64,000 nt of DNA, taken from NCBI GenBank assembly GCA_052139695.1, contig JBKQWF010000243.1, positions 1,338-65,337 on the forward strand, given 5' to 3'. This stretch comes from Limisphaerales bacterium (lineage in GTDB: Bacteria; Verrucomicrobiota; Verrucomicrobiia; Limisphaerales; Palsa-1400). Below, piece after piece: positions 47,816-58,406 of this stretch. The translations under genes were made by a program, and so were the position numbers. Within the stretch, counting starts at the first letter, position 1; every line of letters starts with the position of its first letter. Under the pieces are notes generated by a model that was not told the origin of the DNA, ran no database searches, and saw nothing but the letters and a program-made list of their open reading frames with translations.

Positions 47816-49273
47816 ATGGATAAATTGCTGTTAATCGACGACGAAGCGGATGTGCAGTATTCGTTTCGGCGCATCTTTGATCAGCCCGACATTGAATTGA
47901 CGACCGCCCACAGCGGGGAAGAAGGGCTGCGGCTCATCCCGCGCTTGAAGCCGGACCTGGTCATCATGGACGTGCGCATGGGGGGCATGAACGGCCTGGA
48001 AACGCTCCGCCGCCTTCGCCAAACCGACGCCAAACAAATGGTCATCATGATGACCGCCTACGGCACAACCCAGACCGCCATCGAGGCGATGAAATTGGGG
48101 GCGTACGATTACTTGCTCAAACCCTTTGACGTCCCCCGGCTCAAACAGATCATTCTCAATGCCCTCAAGGCCGCGCGCGACATGCGGCAGGTGGTGTCTT
48201 ATGAACCGCTCCTGGAATCGGAAGATTACGACGTGGGCATCATTGGCCGAAGCGAGCCCATGCAGGAGGTTTTCAAGGTCATTGGCCAACTTGCGGCCAG
48301 CAATGCCACGGCGTTGATCACCGGTGAAAGCGGGACCGGCAAAGAACTAGTCGCACGCGCCATCTACCATCACAGCAAACGAAACGGCCGGCCCTTCCTC
48401 GCGATCAATTGCGCGGCCATTCCGGAGAACCTTTTGGAAAGCGAACTCTTCGGGCACGAGAAAGGGGCCTTCACCGGGGCGACGACGCAACGCATCGGGA
48501 AGTTTGAGCAATGCGACGGCGGCACCATCTTTCTGGATGAAATTGGCGACATGACGCTTTCGACCCAGGCGAAAATCTTGCGTGTGCTGCAATCGGGCTC
48601 CTTTGAACGGGTGGGTGGAAACCAGCCGATCCAGGTCGATGTGCGAGTCATTGCCGCCACGCACAAGCCGTTGGAAGAAGCGGTGGCAGCGAAGGAATTC
48701 CGGGAGGACTTGTTCTACCGGCTCAATGTCGTGCGGATTCATATTCCGCCGCTGCGCGACCGGCGCTCCGACATTCCTTTATTGATCAATTACTTTTTGA
48801 AGAAATTCGCCCAAGTGCAAGGGCGGGAGCCCAAACTGATCGCCGCGGCCGCGGTGGAATTGCTGGAACGCTTTCATTGGCCGGGCAACGTGCGGGAATT
48901 GGAGAATGTCATGCAGCGGGCCATGGTCATGGCCAAGGGAGACGTGATTTTACCGGGAGACTTGCCCGCGCTCATTTCCGCCGGACGCGCGCCGGCCGCG
49001 GAGAAGCCGGGGAGCAAGCCCGTGCCAGCCGCGCCGCGTCCCGACGACCAGCCCGCCGATTTGGCGGCCCTGACCCGCACGCTTTTTCAGTGGGCGCGGG
49101 ACAATCCGAAGCTCAAGATTCTGCCGACCGTCGAGCGGGAGCTCATCATTCAGGCATTGTTGGAAACCAACGGCAACCAGGTGCGGGCGTCCAAATTGCT
49201 GGGAATTACCCGGGCCACGCTCCGCAAACGGGTGGAGAAATTCAACATCAAGCAGGAACTGGCCATCCAGTAA
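47816..49273 (+). CDS. Sigma54-dependent response regulator (NtrC family)
   Basis: REC (DD, D, T, KP); 'GESGTGKE', 'GAFTGA', 'FLDEIG', 'WPGNVREL'; Fis HTH. Confidence 0.96.
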   Translation: MDKLLLIDDEADVQYSFRRIFDQPDIELTTAHSGEEGLRLIPRLKPDLVIMDVRMGGMNGLETLRRLRQTDAKQMVIMMTAYGTTQTAIEAMKLGAYDYLLKPFDVPRLKQIILNALKAARDMRQVVSYEPLLESEDYDVGIIGRSEPMQEVFKVIGQLAASNATALITGESGTGKELVARAIYHHSKRNGRPFLAINCAAIPENLLESELFGHEKGAFTGATTQRIGKFEQCDGGTIFLDEIGDMTLSTQAKILRVLQSGSFERVGGNQPIQVDVRVIAATHKPLEEAVAAKEFREDLFYRLNVVRIHIPPLRDRRSDIPLLINYFLKKFAQVQGREPKLIAAAAVELLERFHWPGNVRELENVMQRAMVMAKGDVILPGDLPALISAGRAPAAEKPGSKPVPAAPRPDDQPADLAALTRTLFQWARDNPKLKILPTVERELIIQALLETNGNQVRASKLLGITRATLRKRVEKFNIKQELAIQ

Positions 49274-49433
49274 ACCGCGATCGCGGCACAGATTGGAAGG
49301 AGTTGCGACACAAAGCCGACTTCTCAGAGAATCTGTGTTCCCCTGTACGAATCTGTGGCGTTCAGCATAAACCACGATGCCCGGGGCCACCTATGGGGCC
49401 GCCGGGCATCGGAACAATGAGTTTGCCAAATGC

Positions 49434-52400
49434 TTACTGGTTGAGCCGCAACTGATAGAAGAGCGCGGTCGCGTCGCGGTTGGTGACAACGAACTGGTAG
49501 TTGTTGCCGTCACCCACGTTGGTATTGATTTCCGTCCAATTGGCCCCGGTTAAGGCCGGGCTGGATTGGAGAGTGTAGCTCTTGCCCGGAGCGGTCAGCC
49601 AGGTAAAGGCCACGCCTGCCGTGCCGTTGGTAATGAAACTGGAAGTGCTCAGTTGCAGCTTGGAAAGGGCATTGGTCGGGTTGGTTCCCGCCAGGTATTC
49701 CTGCCAGTTCGGCATTCCGTCACCGTCGGCATCGACATTGTCGGCCGCGAGGGCGCTGGCTGGACTGCCAAAGAAGGTCGTGCGCCATTCATCGGACGAA
49801 ATCTGAGGCGGTTGCAGCGCTGGAGAGTTAACCCAGACCCGGGCCGGGAAGCTCTCAAACTGATAGACCGTTTGCATATCGGGAGCGCCGTCCGCACCCT
49901 TGAAATGCAAAGCATAGGATTGACCTGCCTGGGCGCTTGCCGGAACAGTGAAGGTAATGGTTCCGAGGTAATTGCTGCCTTGCAGCGCCTTGGCGAAACT
50001 TCCCAGCGTCCAGAAGTAGGCGACATCATTGGCTCCAAGGCCTGGAAGAACGATGGGGTTGGGAACGCCCGCGGCAGGTGCGAAGGTGATCGCCGCGGGT
50101 GCAGGCGCGTTGCTCTCGGCGGAGAGAACGGCGCGGAACTGAAGGCCGCTCAGGCTGGAGCCGGGGCCGACATTGACAAAGACAGGGATGGAGCAAACCG
50201 ATCCGGGAGCCACATCGGTCTGCGTCACCGCGGCAAAAGAGGCCTGCCGCGCCCAGACATAGCCGGGGGCCGTTTGGCCGATCGACTTCTCTCGGCGGGG
50301 GACGCGCGGTTCAGCCTTCGCGAGCGGAATAGGATGGCCGCCGGGAGTCCAAGCCACTTGCTGGTGCATGAGAACGCCGCCGTTGGTGCGGAAGCGGATC
50401 CAATTGTTGGTATCCAGGCCTGTGGCGCGGTTCAGAATGGCATCCCAATCCAAAAAACCAATTTGGCCATCGCCATCGTCAGGAGGGTAAACGTCCATGG
50501 CATTGTAAGCATCCGTAAACACAGGGGGAACGCGAATGCCCACTGAGGCGTACATGGCGTTGTTGACGTCAGCGTTGTTCAGTGTGCCGTCGCCAAACTC
50601 CGCCGCGTTATATCCAGCAGCGGGCGAGGAATCTCCGGCCAGGTAGATAGGATCGGTGATGGTTAGAGTATTGGTAAACCCAACGAGCCCGACGCTCGCC
50701 TGATTGCCGTCCGAGGTGCCGGATGGATTGATGATCGACAAGCTGTAAGTCTGGCCGTAGGTGACGGTGTCCGGAATGGGAACCACGACAAGGGCCACTG
50801 TGCCAATGCCCGTGACATCCATTCCCGAATTGGTGTAAGTGACGATGGTGAGACCCTCGGCAGAGCCGAGCGCGTAGGGATTATACTCGAAAATCTCGTT
50901 CGTCCCCGTCAGCCCGGGATAGACCACGAAGTCCAGCGGGGTGACACTGTGATCAATCAAGGGACCAACCATATCGGTGTTGCCGCCCGTTGGCGTGACC
51001 TCGGCCCGGAATTGAATGGACTTGAGGGAGGTATTGACGCTCGCCATGGTCACAAAGACTGGCACAGCCAAAGTTGCGCCAGTCCCGGCGGCTTTGCTTT
51101 GGCCAGAAAAACTGACGGTGCTGGGGACATAATTGGAAACCTTCAGTTGCAAGGAAAAAACGCCGCTTGGCTCGTAATTATCGAGGAACCCGCGGACATT
51201 CAGGGTTACGTCGTTGGTAATGTTCAGAGAAATCATGGAGCCACTGGAGAGGGGGCCAAAAGCGTCCGAGGCGCCATTGGTCGGGGCGTGGCCATCGATT
51301 GTGTAATAGAGGGCGGCGCCGATGGTGATATCGGTCACTTGCAAGGCCGCCGCGTTGTCGCCGGTAACAATGGGGTTGGCGACGACCCACTGATAGCGCG
51401 CGGTGACGTTCGAACTGAATTCGCCGGTTGGCCCTTGACTCACAGCGTAAATGGTCATGTCGGGCAGCGGAGTAACGATGCTGGGAGCGGCCTCTGTTTG
51501 TCCGTCGCCCAAATAAGTCTGAGGCGCAGAGCCTGTGCTCGGACCGGGAGCCGGGATAGCGGAACCAGTAGGGCCATAGGTCACGTAAGTCCGCGTGTTG
51601 GCTTCCGACTCAACGGCGATAATCGCGGAATTGTTGAAGACGGCTTCGGGAGCCGCCGTAAACTGCGTGACCGCGGGGCTGGTGGGTTCGGGTTGGGTAA
51701 AAACAACATATCCGAGAATTGGGGGCGTCGGCGGCGGCAACGGGGTCGTGGCCTGGTACACCCGCAAGGCGCCGTTGGCCTGGATACCCACGCCGCTAGT
51801 GGGAGCGCCGTTTCTATCCACGACGTAGTAGCCGTAGTCAAAAGTGTCCACGCTTAATCCAACGGGCGCACTGAAGGTAGCGACGCCAGGCAATCCATCC
51901 TTGTTGCCGGCGGCTTCAGGAATGCCTGCAACGGTTTCCACAAGATACGTCGGCGTTCCGTAAAGGTCGGTGACGAAAACGCTGCGGAGCACATTATTGC
52001 CCGTGTCCGCGATCAAAAGGCTGTTGTTGGTTGGAACAAAAAGCAGAGCGGTGGGAAGTGAGAAGAGCGAAGTTGCTGCCGAATAAGAATCATCAAAGCC
52101 GCTGACACCCGGGGTGCCGGCGATGACATAGACTGACTGGTTGCTGATCAGGCAAATAACCTGGTTGCCGGTGTCCGAAACCCAAATATTATTATTGTTA
52201 TCAACGGCCACGCTTGTCGGTTGCAGGAAGACATATCCGTTGGTGTTCGTGATGGTGGTAACATTATTGGCAGTATCGATTTTACGGATCCGGTTGTTGC
52301 CCTGGTCGGCGACGTAGAGATTGCCCGCGGCATCGGCCGTAATGCCGGAAGGATAATTGAAGGTGGCTGACGCTCCCGGCCCATCGTTCGTGCCGGTCTT

Positions 52401-52829
52401 GCCGAAAACTCCGGCAATCGGATTGTTGCCCACGACGCCGCCAAAAGAAACAAAGCGGATGGCTTGATTCCCTTGGTCCACCACGACGAGACCGCCGCGG
52501 GCGGCCACCAATCCCATGGGCTGCGCAAACCGCGCCTCAATCCCTGGACCGCTGTTGGTGCCGGAGTACCCCGCCAGACCGGCCAAGGACGTCAGGGTCG
52601 CCGTGCTGGGTACGAATTTTTCAATCGTGTCGAACTGCGAGTCGGTTAGATAGGCATTGCCGCTGCCATCTATCGCCACGCTGTTGGGCTCGAAGAGGCT
52701 GTTGGAAAGGACGGTGGACACGTTTTGCGCCGGCAGACCGGTCGCGACAAGCAGGAGCGCCGCCCATCCCAGGAGAAAGCGCTGGCTCACGGAAAAGGCG
52801 TGGTCGTTGCGGGTTTTATTTTTCATAGG
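49434..52829 (-). CDS. Large secreted protein: NHL propeller + FN3-associated repeats + cohesin-like/dockerin-like/cohesin-like + C-terminal domain (paralog 2)
   Basis: Signal peptide; NHL repeats 'FNYPSGITADAAGNLYVADQGNNRIRKI'; 'LYYTIDG..PT'; 'GD...GDG.L.N.DV / MDV...GDG.I...D...IL'; 'DADGDGMPNWQEYLAGTNP'. Start between 52829 and 52859. Confidence 0.8.
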   Translation of the reverse strand, partial: PMKNKTRNDHAFSVSQRFLLGWAALLLVATGLPAQNVSTVLSNSLFEPNSVAIDGSGNAYLTDSQFDTIEKFVPSTATLTSLAGLAGYSGTNSGPGIEARFAQPMGLVAARGGLVVVDQGNQAIRFVSFGGVVGNNPIAGVFGKTGTNDGPGASATFNYPSGITADAAGNLYVADQGNNRIRKIDTANNVTTITNTNGYVFLQPTSVAVDNNNNIWVSDTGNQVICLISNQSVYVIAGTPGVSGFDDSYSAATSLFSLPTALLFVPTNNSLLIADTGNNVLRSVFVTDLYGTPTYLVETVAGIPEAAGNKDGLPGVATFSAPVGLSVDTFDYGYYVVDRNGAPTSGVGIQANGALRVYQATTPLPPPTPPILGYVVFTQPEPTSPAVTQFTAAPEAVFNNSAIIAVESEANTRTYVTYGPTGSAIPAPGPSTGSAPQTYLGDGQTEAAPSIVTPLPDMTIYAVSQGPTGEFSSNVTARYQWVVANPIVTGDNAAALQVTDITIGAALYYTIDGHAPTNGASDAFGPLSSGSMISLNITNDVTLNVRGFLDNYEPSGVFSLQLKVSNYVPSTVSFSGQSKAAGTGATLAVPVFVTMASVNTSLKSIQFRAEVTPTGGNTDMVGPLIDHSVTPLDFVVYPGLTGTNEIFEYNPYALGSAEGLTIVTYTNSGMDVTGIGTVALVVVPIPDTVTYGQTYSLSIINPSGTSDGNQASVGLVGFTNTLTITDPIYLAGDSSPAAGYNAAEFGDGTLNNADVNNAMYASVGIRVPPVFTDAYNAMDVYPPDDGDGQIGFLDWDAILNRATGLDTNNWIRFRTNGGVLMHQQVAWTPGGHPIPLAKAEPRVPRREKSIGQTAPGYVWARQASFAAVTQTDVAPGSVCSIPVFVNVGPGSSLSGLQFRAVLSAESNAPAPAAITFAPAAGVPNPIVLPGLGANDVAYFWTLGSFAKALQGSNYLGTITFTVPASAQAGQSYALHFKGADGAPDMQTVYQFESFPARVWVNSPALQPPQISSDEWRTTFFGSPASALAADNVDADGDGMPNWQEYLAGTNPTNALSKLQLSTSSFITNGTAGVAFTWLTAPGKSYTLQSSPALTGANWTEINTNVGDGNNYQFVVTNRDATALFYQLRLNQ

Positions 52830-52936
52830 TTTCTGTTTGTTATGCATTGAATCATGCAAGCATTTTTCCGGAATAATCTGTCATTTACTGGTTAACTCAT
52901 TGTTATAGGAATGTGTCTTTGGCGTAGCATGTCTTT

Positions 52937-55900
52937 TCATGGTTGCAGGCGAAGGCGAAAGAAGCTGGCGGCGCCGCTGACGTTGGTTTGCGCGAATTCG
53001 CGGTAATTGCCATCGCCCACGTTCGTACTGACCGCTGTCCAAGCGCTTCCAGCCACGGAAGGGGCTGATTCCAGAAGGTAGGTTTTGCCCGGAGCGGTCA
53101 GCCACCCAAAGGCGGCCCCCGGCGTTCCGTTGGTGTTCACCGCCGCGGTATCAAATCGGAGCCTGGAAGCGGGATTGGTTGGATTGGTCCCGGCCAGATA
53201 CTCTTGCCAGTTCAGCATGCCATCGCCATCGGCATCGGCATAGTCGCCAGCCATGCTGTTGGTCAAGCTGCCAAAGAAGAAAAGACGCCAATCATCCGAA
53301 GTCATCTGCGGGGGTTGTTGGGCGGCGGAGCCGACCCACACCCAGCCTGGCAGACTCTCCAATTGATATTGGGTTTGCGTGTCAGGCGCGCCACTCACTC
53401 CTCCGAAATGCACGGCATAGGATTCTCCTCTTTGCGCGGCGGGTGGCACCTGGAAGGTCAGGACGCCGAGATAATTGCTATTCCGCAATGACGCGGGAAA
53501 CGCCCCGGGCGCCCAGGCGCAAACCGTCTGATTGGTGAAGCTTCCCGGCAACTGCAAGGTGGGACCTGGAGTTTCCGACGCGGGCACAAAAGTCACCGTG
53601 CCTGGAGGCGGAGCGCTGCCTTCGGCGGAAAGCGTGGCGAGGAATTGAAACCCCGCCAGGCTATAACCTGAGCCGACGTTGACATATACGGGGATGGAAC
53701 ACGTCGAGCCTGGGGCAACATTGGTTAACGTGTCCGCGCCGATGAGAGCCTGCCGCAGCCAAACCAGTCCCGGCGGATTTCCGGTCATCGAGGTTTTTGC
53801 CATGGAAGGCGTCCCGCGTTTCACCGCTGGGAGGGCGCCAGGAATCGGGTCGCCCGGGAACCAGTTCGTGCTGGCCGTGACAAGGCCATTGGTGGTGTGG
53901 TAGCGAATACAATTGTTGGTGTCCACGCCCAGGGCCCGATTTAGAATCGTCACCCAATCCAGATAAGTGATTTGATCATCGCCTCCCGGCGGATAGGCAT
54001 CCATGGCGCTGTAAAGGTCGCTGCCAATATAGGGCACGCGGATGCCAACCGAAGCATAAAGGGCATTGTTGACATCACTGTTGTCCAGGATGCCATTGCC
54101 AAACTCTCCCGCGTCGTATCCGTTGGCGGGGGCGGAATCACCCACGAGGAAGGCCGGGTCTCCAATCGTCAACGTTTGAGGCGCCATTCCACTGAGGGAG
54201 ACGGGACTTTGCAGGCCATCGGATGTGCCTGTGGGGTAAAGAACCTGAAGCGTGTAGGATTGGCCGATGGCGGCATCAGCGGGAATCGGCACAGCCAATA
54301 GAAGCGCCACGCCGGAACTTACCATGTCCATGCCCGAACTGGTTCCTTCGGCGGTAATGACCGCTTGCAAGCCATTGCTGCTCATCCCGGAAGAGTAGCT
54401 CTGAAAGCGCACGGGCGTGCTGCCGCCTCCAGGACCTGGGAAAACCACCAGGTCATTCGGCGTCACGGCCTGAAGAGAGAGATTCGTAATCGCGGGCGTG
54501 CTCACACTGTCTCGGTTTATCTCGACCAAAAACTGCAAGGACTTTAGCGCGGCGCCGCTTTGCAGGTCCACCACGACGGGAAGGTAGGCGGTTGCCCCCG
54601 CGCCGGAAGTCACCGGCTGAGGAAAGCCGACGAGGTTGCTGATGGGGGCGCTGCCCTGGAAGAGCGCGCTGACGTGGTCATTGGTATCGACAGCCAGGAA
54701 TTGCAAAAAGCTCAAGTCATGTTGAGGATTGCACCATTGCAAGGTGTTGGTGAAGCCGCCGGCATCGTTGGTGACCAAGGTAAGTTCCGTGCTGTTCGTG
54801 GACGGGGCAGCGCCATCGGTGGTGTAATAAACTGCCGCCACGCTGCTGGTGACCGCGATCGCCACGCATTCAGGGAAATAACCGGCATAAGGTCCAAACG
54901 AGACGATGGGCGGCTGGGGATTGACCGTGGTGAAAAACAGCTCGATGCCGGAACTGGAACCGGCGGGGCTGGTGGCCACGACTTCGTAATAGTAATTTGT
55001 GTTGGGCAGCAAATTGCTCAAAGTCACGCTCACTTGCACAGGAGTGTTAAGGTTTGTCGTGAGATAGGCCGCGGCGGTGCGGTTGCCCAAATTGGTGGTC
55101 AAGCCCCATTGGAAATAAAAGAGGTTGGTATCGCCATTGGGATCAATGGAAGCATTGAGGGTGGCGGTGGTGGCGGTGACATTGGTGGCAAAAAGGGTGA
55201 TGGCCAAAGGCCCCAACGGAGCGGTCGTGAAGGTCAAGTCGCCGCCATAGCTGGTGCCCAGCGCGTTGCTTGCGACCAACTGGAAGTGATAGGTCGTGCC
55301 CGGATTAAGCAGGATGTCATTGGCCAGCGTGGCAAAGGCTACGTTGTAATTCTGTATGAGGTTGTTCGTGAAATAATTCGTCGGGGTGTAATTGTTGTAA
55401 TTTGTGCTTTGGCCCCATTCAAAATAATAGCCGGTGGCATCACCGTCCGGGCTAACGTTTCCATTGAACGAGGCATTCGTGGGGGTGACATCCGTCGCGG
55501 CCAGGGTGAGCGCCGTCGCGCTCGTCGCGGCCGGGTTGACCGGGGTCAATCCGCTGCCGCTGACGGCGCGGAGCAAGTCGTAAGTTAATTCCGTGACAAA
55601 AAGAGTGCCGGAAGGGTCGATCGTCACGCTGACGGGCGCGCGCCCGGAAGCGCTGGTCGTGGTGGCGCCCGCCGGGCCGTCCACCCAGCCGGCGTAGAGG
55701 GCCGGGTCGCACTCGCAACAGGTGGTGGACCAGACGTTGCTGCCGGTGCCATAGAGCGTCGTTGTGTTCGTTAACGTGTCGATCACGCGCACCCGGTTAT
55801 TGCCGGTGTCGCACACCACAATCCGGCCGTCCGCCGACCCTGCCAAGCCATGAGGTTTCTGAAATTGGGCAAAGGCCGGACCGCCGTCTTGATAGCCCAC

Positions 55901-56674
55901 GCCATTGCCGCCCGTCAGAAGCGAGACGACGCCGGAGTTGGTATTGACAAGGTAAATGGCGTCGTTGAGCGTGTCGCTGACTCCGAGCTGGCCGTTGGCG
56001 CACAAAGTGAGCCCTGCCGGTTCCCAATTAAAGCCGCTGACCACATTCGTCACCGGTCCTTTGTTGGTCGTAAAATCCGGCATGGTAAACCGAACGATGG
56101 AGCCGTTGTCAAACGCGACAAAGACGTTGGAATTGTAGTCCACCAGCAACGCCGTCGCGTCCGAGCCAGAGGGGAACAACGTTTCAGAGACCTTGTTCAG
56201 ATGGGGCGAAGCGACCTGATACTTGGTGACGCCGGTTTTCGGCACCAAGACATACAAAAATCCCGCGGTGTCGAGCGCCACGCCGTTGACGCCCGTGAAC
56301 GCATGGTAGTTCGCCGGGGTGCTGGGCGTGACCGGAGTGGTGATGCTAAAGGAAGTGAAGCCCGCCTGGCTGATTTGTTCGACGGCTGAGTTGGTCGTGT
56401 CCGCCAGCCACAAATTGCCCAGGACATCCAGCACCGTGGCCCAGGGGCCATGGAATCGCGCGAGTTGGAAGGTGCTGCCGGCGGCAAATCCCGCCGCGGA
56501 ACCGCATTTTTCACGGACGCCTCCGCCGATCGTCTGGACCGTCACCTGCGCCGTCGCGCTCCGAGTCAAGACCAAACAGAGCAAACCTACCAGTGCCGGC
56601 CCCAAGACGAGGCGTCGTCTGACCCAGCGCTCTTTTGCTATGCGTTGAAAAGTCATAAGATCACTCGAAATCAA
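52937..56674 (-). CDS. Large secreted protein: NHL propeller + 2 FN3-like + cohesin-like/dockerin-like/cohesin-like + C-terminal domain (paralog 1)
   Basis: Same architecture as 49434-52829 plus two 'T..AT.VT...A...G.....G....YFEWG...Y....VA.N..G...G....FTT' repeats. Start 56674 (TTG) or 56656 (ATG). Confidence 0.8.
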   Translation of the reverse strand: MISSDLMTFQRIAKERWVRRRLVLGPALVGLLCLVLTRSATAQVTVQTIGGGVREKCGSAAGFAAGSTFQLARFHGPWATVLDVLGNLWLADTTNSAVEQISQAGFTSFSITTPVTPSTPANYHAFTGVNGVALDTAGFLYVLVPKTGVTKYQVASPHLNKVSETLFPSGSDATALLVDYNSNVFVAFDNGSIVRFTMPDFTTNKGPVTNVVSGFNWEPAGLTLCANGQLGVSDTLNDAIYLVNTNSGVVSLLTGGNGVGYQDGGPAFAQFQKPHGLAGSADGRIVVCDTGNNRVRVIDTLTNTTTLYGTGSNVWSTTCCECDPALYAGWVDGPAGATTTSASGRAPVSVTIDPSGTLFVTELTYDLLRAVSGSGLTPVNPAATSATALTLAATDVTPTNASFNGNVSPDGDATGYYFEWGQSTNYNNYTPTNYFTNNLIQNYNVAFATLANDILLNPGTTYHFQLVASNALGTSYGGDLTFTTAPLGPLAITLFATNVTATTATLNASIDPNGDTNLFYFQWGLTTNLGNRTAAAYLTTNLNTPVQVSVTLSNLLPNTNYYYEVVATSPAGSSSGIELFFTTVNPQPPIVSFGPYAGYFPECVAIAVTSSVAAVYYTTDGAAPSTNSTELTLVTNDAGGFTNTLQWCNPQHDLSFLQFLAVDTNDHVSALFQGSAPISNLVGFPQPVTSGAGATAYLPVVVDLQSGAALKSLQFLVEINRDSVSTPAITNLSLQAVTPNDLVVFPGPGGGSTPVRFQSYSSGMSSNGLQAVITAEGTSSGMDMVSSGVALLLAVPIPADAAIGQSYTLQVLYPTGTSDGLQSPVSLSGMAPQTLTIGDPAFLVGDSAPANGYDAGEFGNGILDNSDVNNALYASVGIRVPYIGSDLYSAMDAYPPGGDDQITYLDWVTILNRALGVDTNNCIRYHTTNGLVTASTNWFPGDPIPGALPAVKRGTPSMAKTSMTGNPPGLVWLRQALIGADTLTNVAPGSTCSIPVYVNVGSGYSLAGFQFLATLSAEGSAPPPGTVTFVPASETPGPTLQLPGSFTNQTVCAWAPGAFPASLRNSNYLGVLTFQVPPAAQRGESYAVHFGGVSGAPDTQTQYQLESLPGWVWVGSAAQQPPQMTSDDWRLFFFGSLTNSMAGDYADADGDGMLNWQEYLAGTNPTNPASRLRFDTAAVNTNGTPGAAFGWLTAPGKTYLLESAPSVAGSAWTAVSTNVGDGNYREFAQTNVSGAASFFRLRLQP

Positions 56675-58401
56675 GGCCGATATTCAGGCTCGACCCCATG
56701 GTTGTTGGGTTTGGTCCAATCGTAGGGCTCTCCGGTGTCCCAGGACTTCTCAGGCACGTCGGCGGGCGATTCCGCTTTCCGTTTGAGGAATTTGCTTTCG
56801 GACGGTTGATAGTCCTGGTCCCGAATGATGGTCGGAGTAACAAAGATCAGTATGGTTTGGCGCTGGTGGCTTTTGCTGTCGCTGCGAAAGGCGTAGCCCA
56901 AGCCGGGCAAATCGCCCAGAAAAGGAACTTTTGTGAAGTTTTTCGTGGTGATGTCCTGATCCAGTCCTCCCAAGACCAAGGTGTAACCGCTCGGCACCGA
57001 CGCCTCCGTCCGAATACGCGTGCGGCTGAACGTGGGCGCGGTATTGTTCTGCCCATTAAGCGTTTCGCTCACCGTGCCCGTTTGCGCTGAGATTTCCGGC
57101 AGGACCTCCAGGAGAACATTGGTCGGTCCGGCAATCCTCGGCGTCACCGTCAATTTGACACCGACCTCGTTGAGAATGGTCGTGCCGACCCTCAAAGCAT
57201 AATTGGGCTCGACGGTGGCCAAGCCTTGGGCCGCGCCAGCGGCGGGCGCGCTTTGCGTCTGTTGAAAGATGGGGATATTGTTGATCACCATCAACTCCGT
57301 GGGTGCCCCGTCCAGAGCGACGCCGCGGGGAGCGGCGATCGTTTTGGTGTCGGCATCGGTATTCAGAAACGAGAGCACGGCCTGGAGGCCGTCCGCATTC
57401 AAAAACGCCGTGGTCGGGCTAATTCCTTTGGCACTGTTCAAGGAGAAACCTCCGCCCGCCGCCGGTGAACCGAGAAGCGTGGAGGTGATGGTGGAAACGT
57501 TGGTGGAAAGATTGAGCGTTGAGGATCCGGTTCCTCCCCCGATGGTGGAGCCGCCGGGAGAAACGGTGGGTGTGCCACTGCCAGCGCCCGCTTGAGTGGT
57601 GGTGGTGTTGACGATACTTTGGGAAGTCAGACCGTTGCCAAAACTGACATGTTGATTGGCCAGCGTTCCGCTCCAATCCACGCCCTTGGCGGAAGCAATG
57701 TCCTTGCTCGTCTGAACAATTTTGGCTTCGACCAGGACTTGCCGGGTCGCGGTATCCAATTTGGTGACCAGCGCTTCAACGCCGGGCAGTTCCCTTTCCG
57801 TCGTGCGAATGACGATTTGGTGAGTGCGCATATCGGGGATAACCGTGCTGCGCTGGGAAAGGGTTTTCTCGAGGAGCGTTACAAGGTTTGTGGGAGCAGC
57901 ATAGCGGAGGGATACGACTGTTACGACCAGCGGCTCGACCATGTTGGCATCCTTGGCGGATATGCGGCCGATTCGGGTGCGGGAATCCCAGGTCATTTGC
58001 CAGGCATAATTATCCAGCAAACCTTGCAAGGCCTGCATGGCGGTGAGGTTGTGCCATTTCTCCGTCACGGTTGGCGGCGGAATGGGACGGCCATCCGGAG
58101 TGACTCCATTGAGAAGCTTGGGGTCAAATTGGATGTTCAGCCCGGCCTGCAGCGCCAGGGTCCGAATGGCGTCCGGGAGCGGCACCCCGTCCACCACGAC
58201 ATCGACCATATCATTGCTGGCCGGAATGGAGTTGCTGGCGGTGGCTTGCGGTCCCGCCAGCGGCGGTTCAGGCAGGGGCGTCGGCGCGGAGGTTTGGCCG
58301 GAGGCGGCCAGGCACGGAGCCAGCGCCGCAAGGAGGATCGCTAAGAGGCCTTCCGATTTCATAATTGTTTGAAGAGAGTTCAGCAATTTGGTGGCGCTCA
58401 T
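56671..58401 (-). CDS. Outer-membrane secretin (PilQ/GspD family)
   Basis: 'LA.QAGLN' N-domain, 'LRYA', 'LD....QVLVEAKIV', 'GVDW', 'GVKLTVTP.I', 'G.TLVLGGL', 'KVPFLGDLP.LG..FR', 'IFVTP.II'. Confidence 0.93.
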   Translation of the reverse strand: MSATKLLNSLQTIMKSEGLLAILLAALAPCLAASGQTSAPTPLPEPPLAGPQATASNSIPASNDMVDVVVDGVPLPDAIRTLALQAGLNIQFDPKLLNGVTPDGRPIPPPTVTEKWHNLTAMQALQGLLDNYAWQMTWDSRTRIGRISAKDANMVEPLVVTVVSLRYAAPTNLVTLLEKTLSQRSTVIPDMRTHQIVIRTTERELPGVEALVTKLDTATRQVLVEAKIVQTSKDIASAKGVDWSGTLANQHVSFGNGLTSQSIVNTTTTQAGAGSGTPTVSPGGSTIGGGTGSSTLNLSTNVSTITSTLLGSPAAGGGFSLNSAKGISPTTAFLNADGLQAVLSFLNTDADTKTIAAPRGVALDGAPTELMVINNIPIFQQTQSAPAAGAAQGLATVEPNYALRVGTTILNEVGVKLTVTPRIAGPTNVLLEVLPEISAQTGTVSETLNGQNNTAPTFSRTRIRTEASVPSGYTLVLGGLDQDITTKNFTKVPFLGDLPGLGYAFRSDSKSHQRQTILIFVTPTIIRDQDYQPSESKFLKRKAESPADVPEKSWDTGEPYDWTKPNNHGVEPEYRP

Positions 58402-58406
58402 GGCTT

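Noticed and set aside
49294-49358. CACAGATT...AATCTGTG inverted motif as an ncRNA
   Set aside because: Short REP-like or terminator-like element between convergent genes; no RNA family support
49434-56674. True cellulosome scaffoldins
   Set aside because: No glycoside hydrolase or CBM3 domain evident, and cohesin-like and dockerin-like modules share one chain; treated as non-cellulosomal
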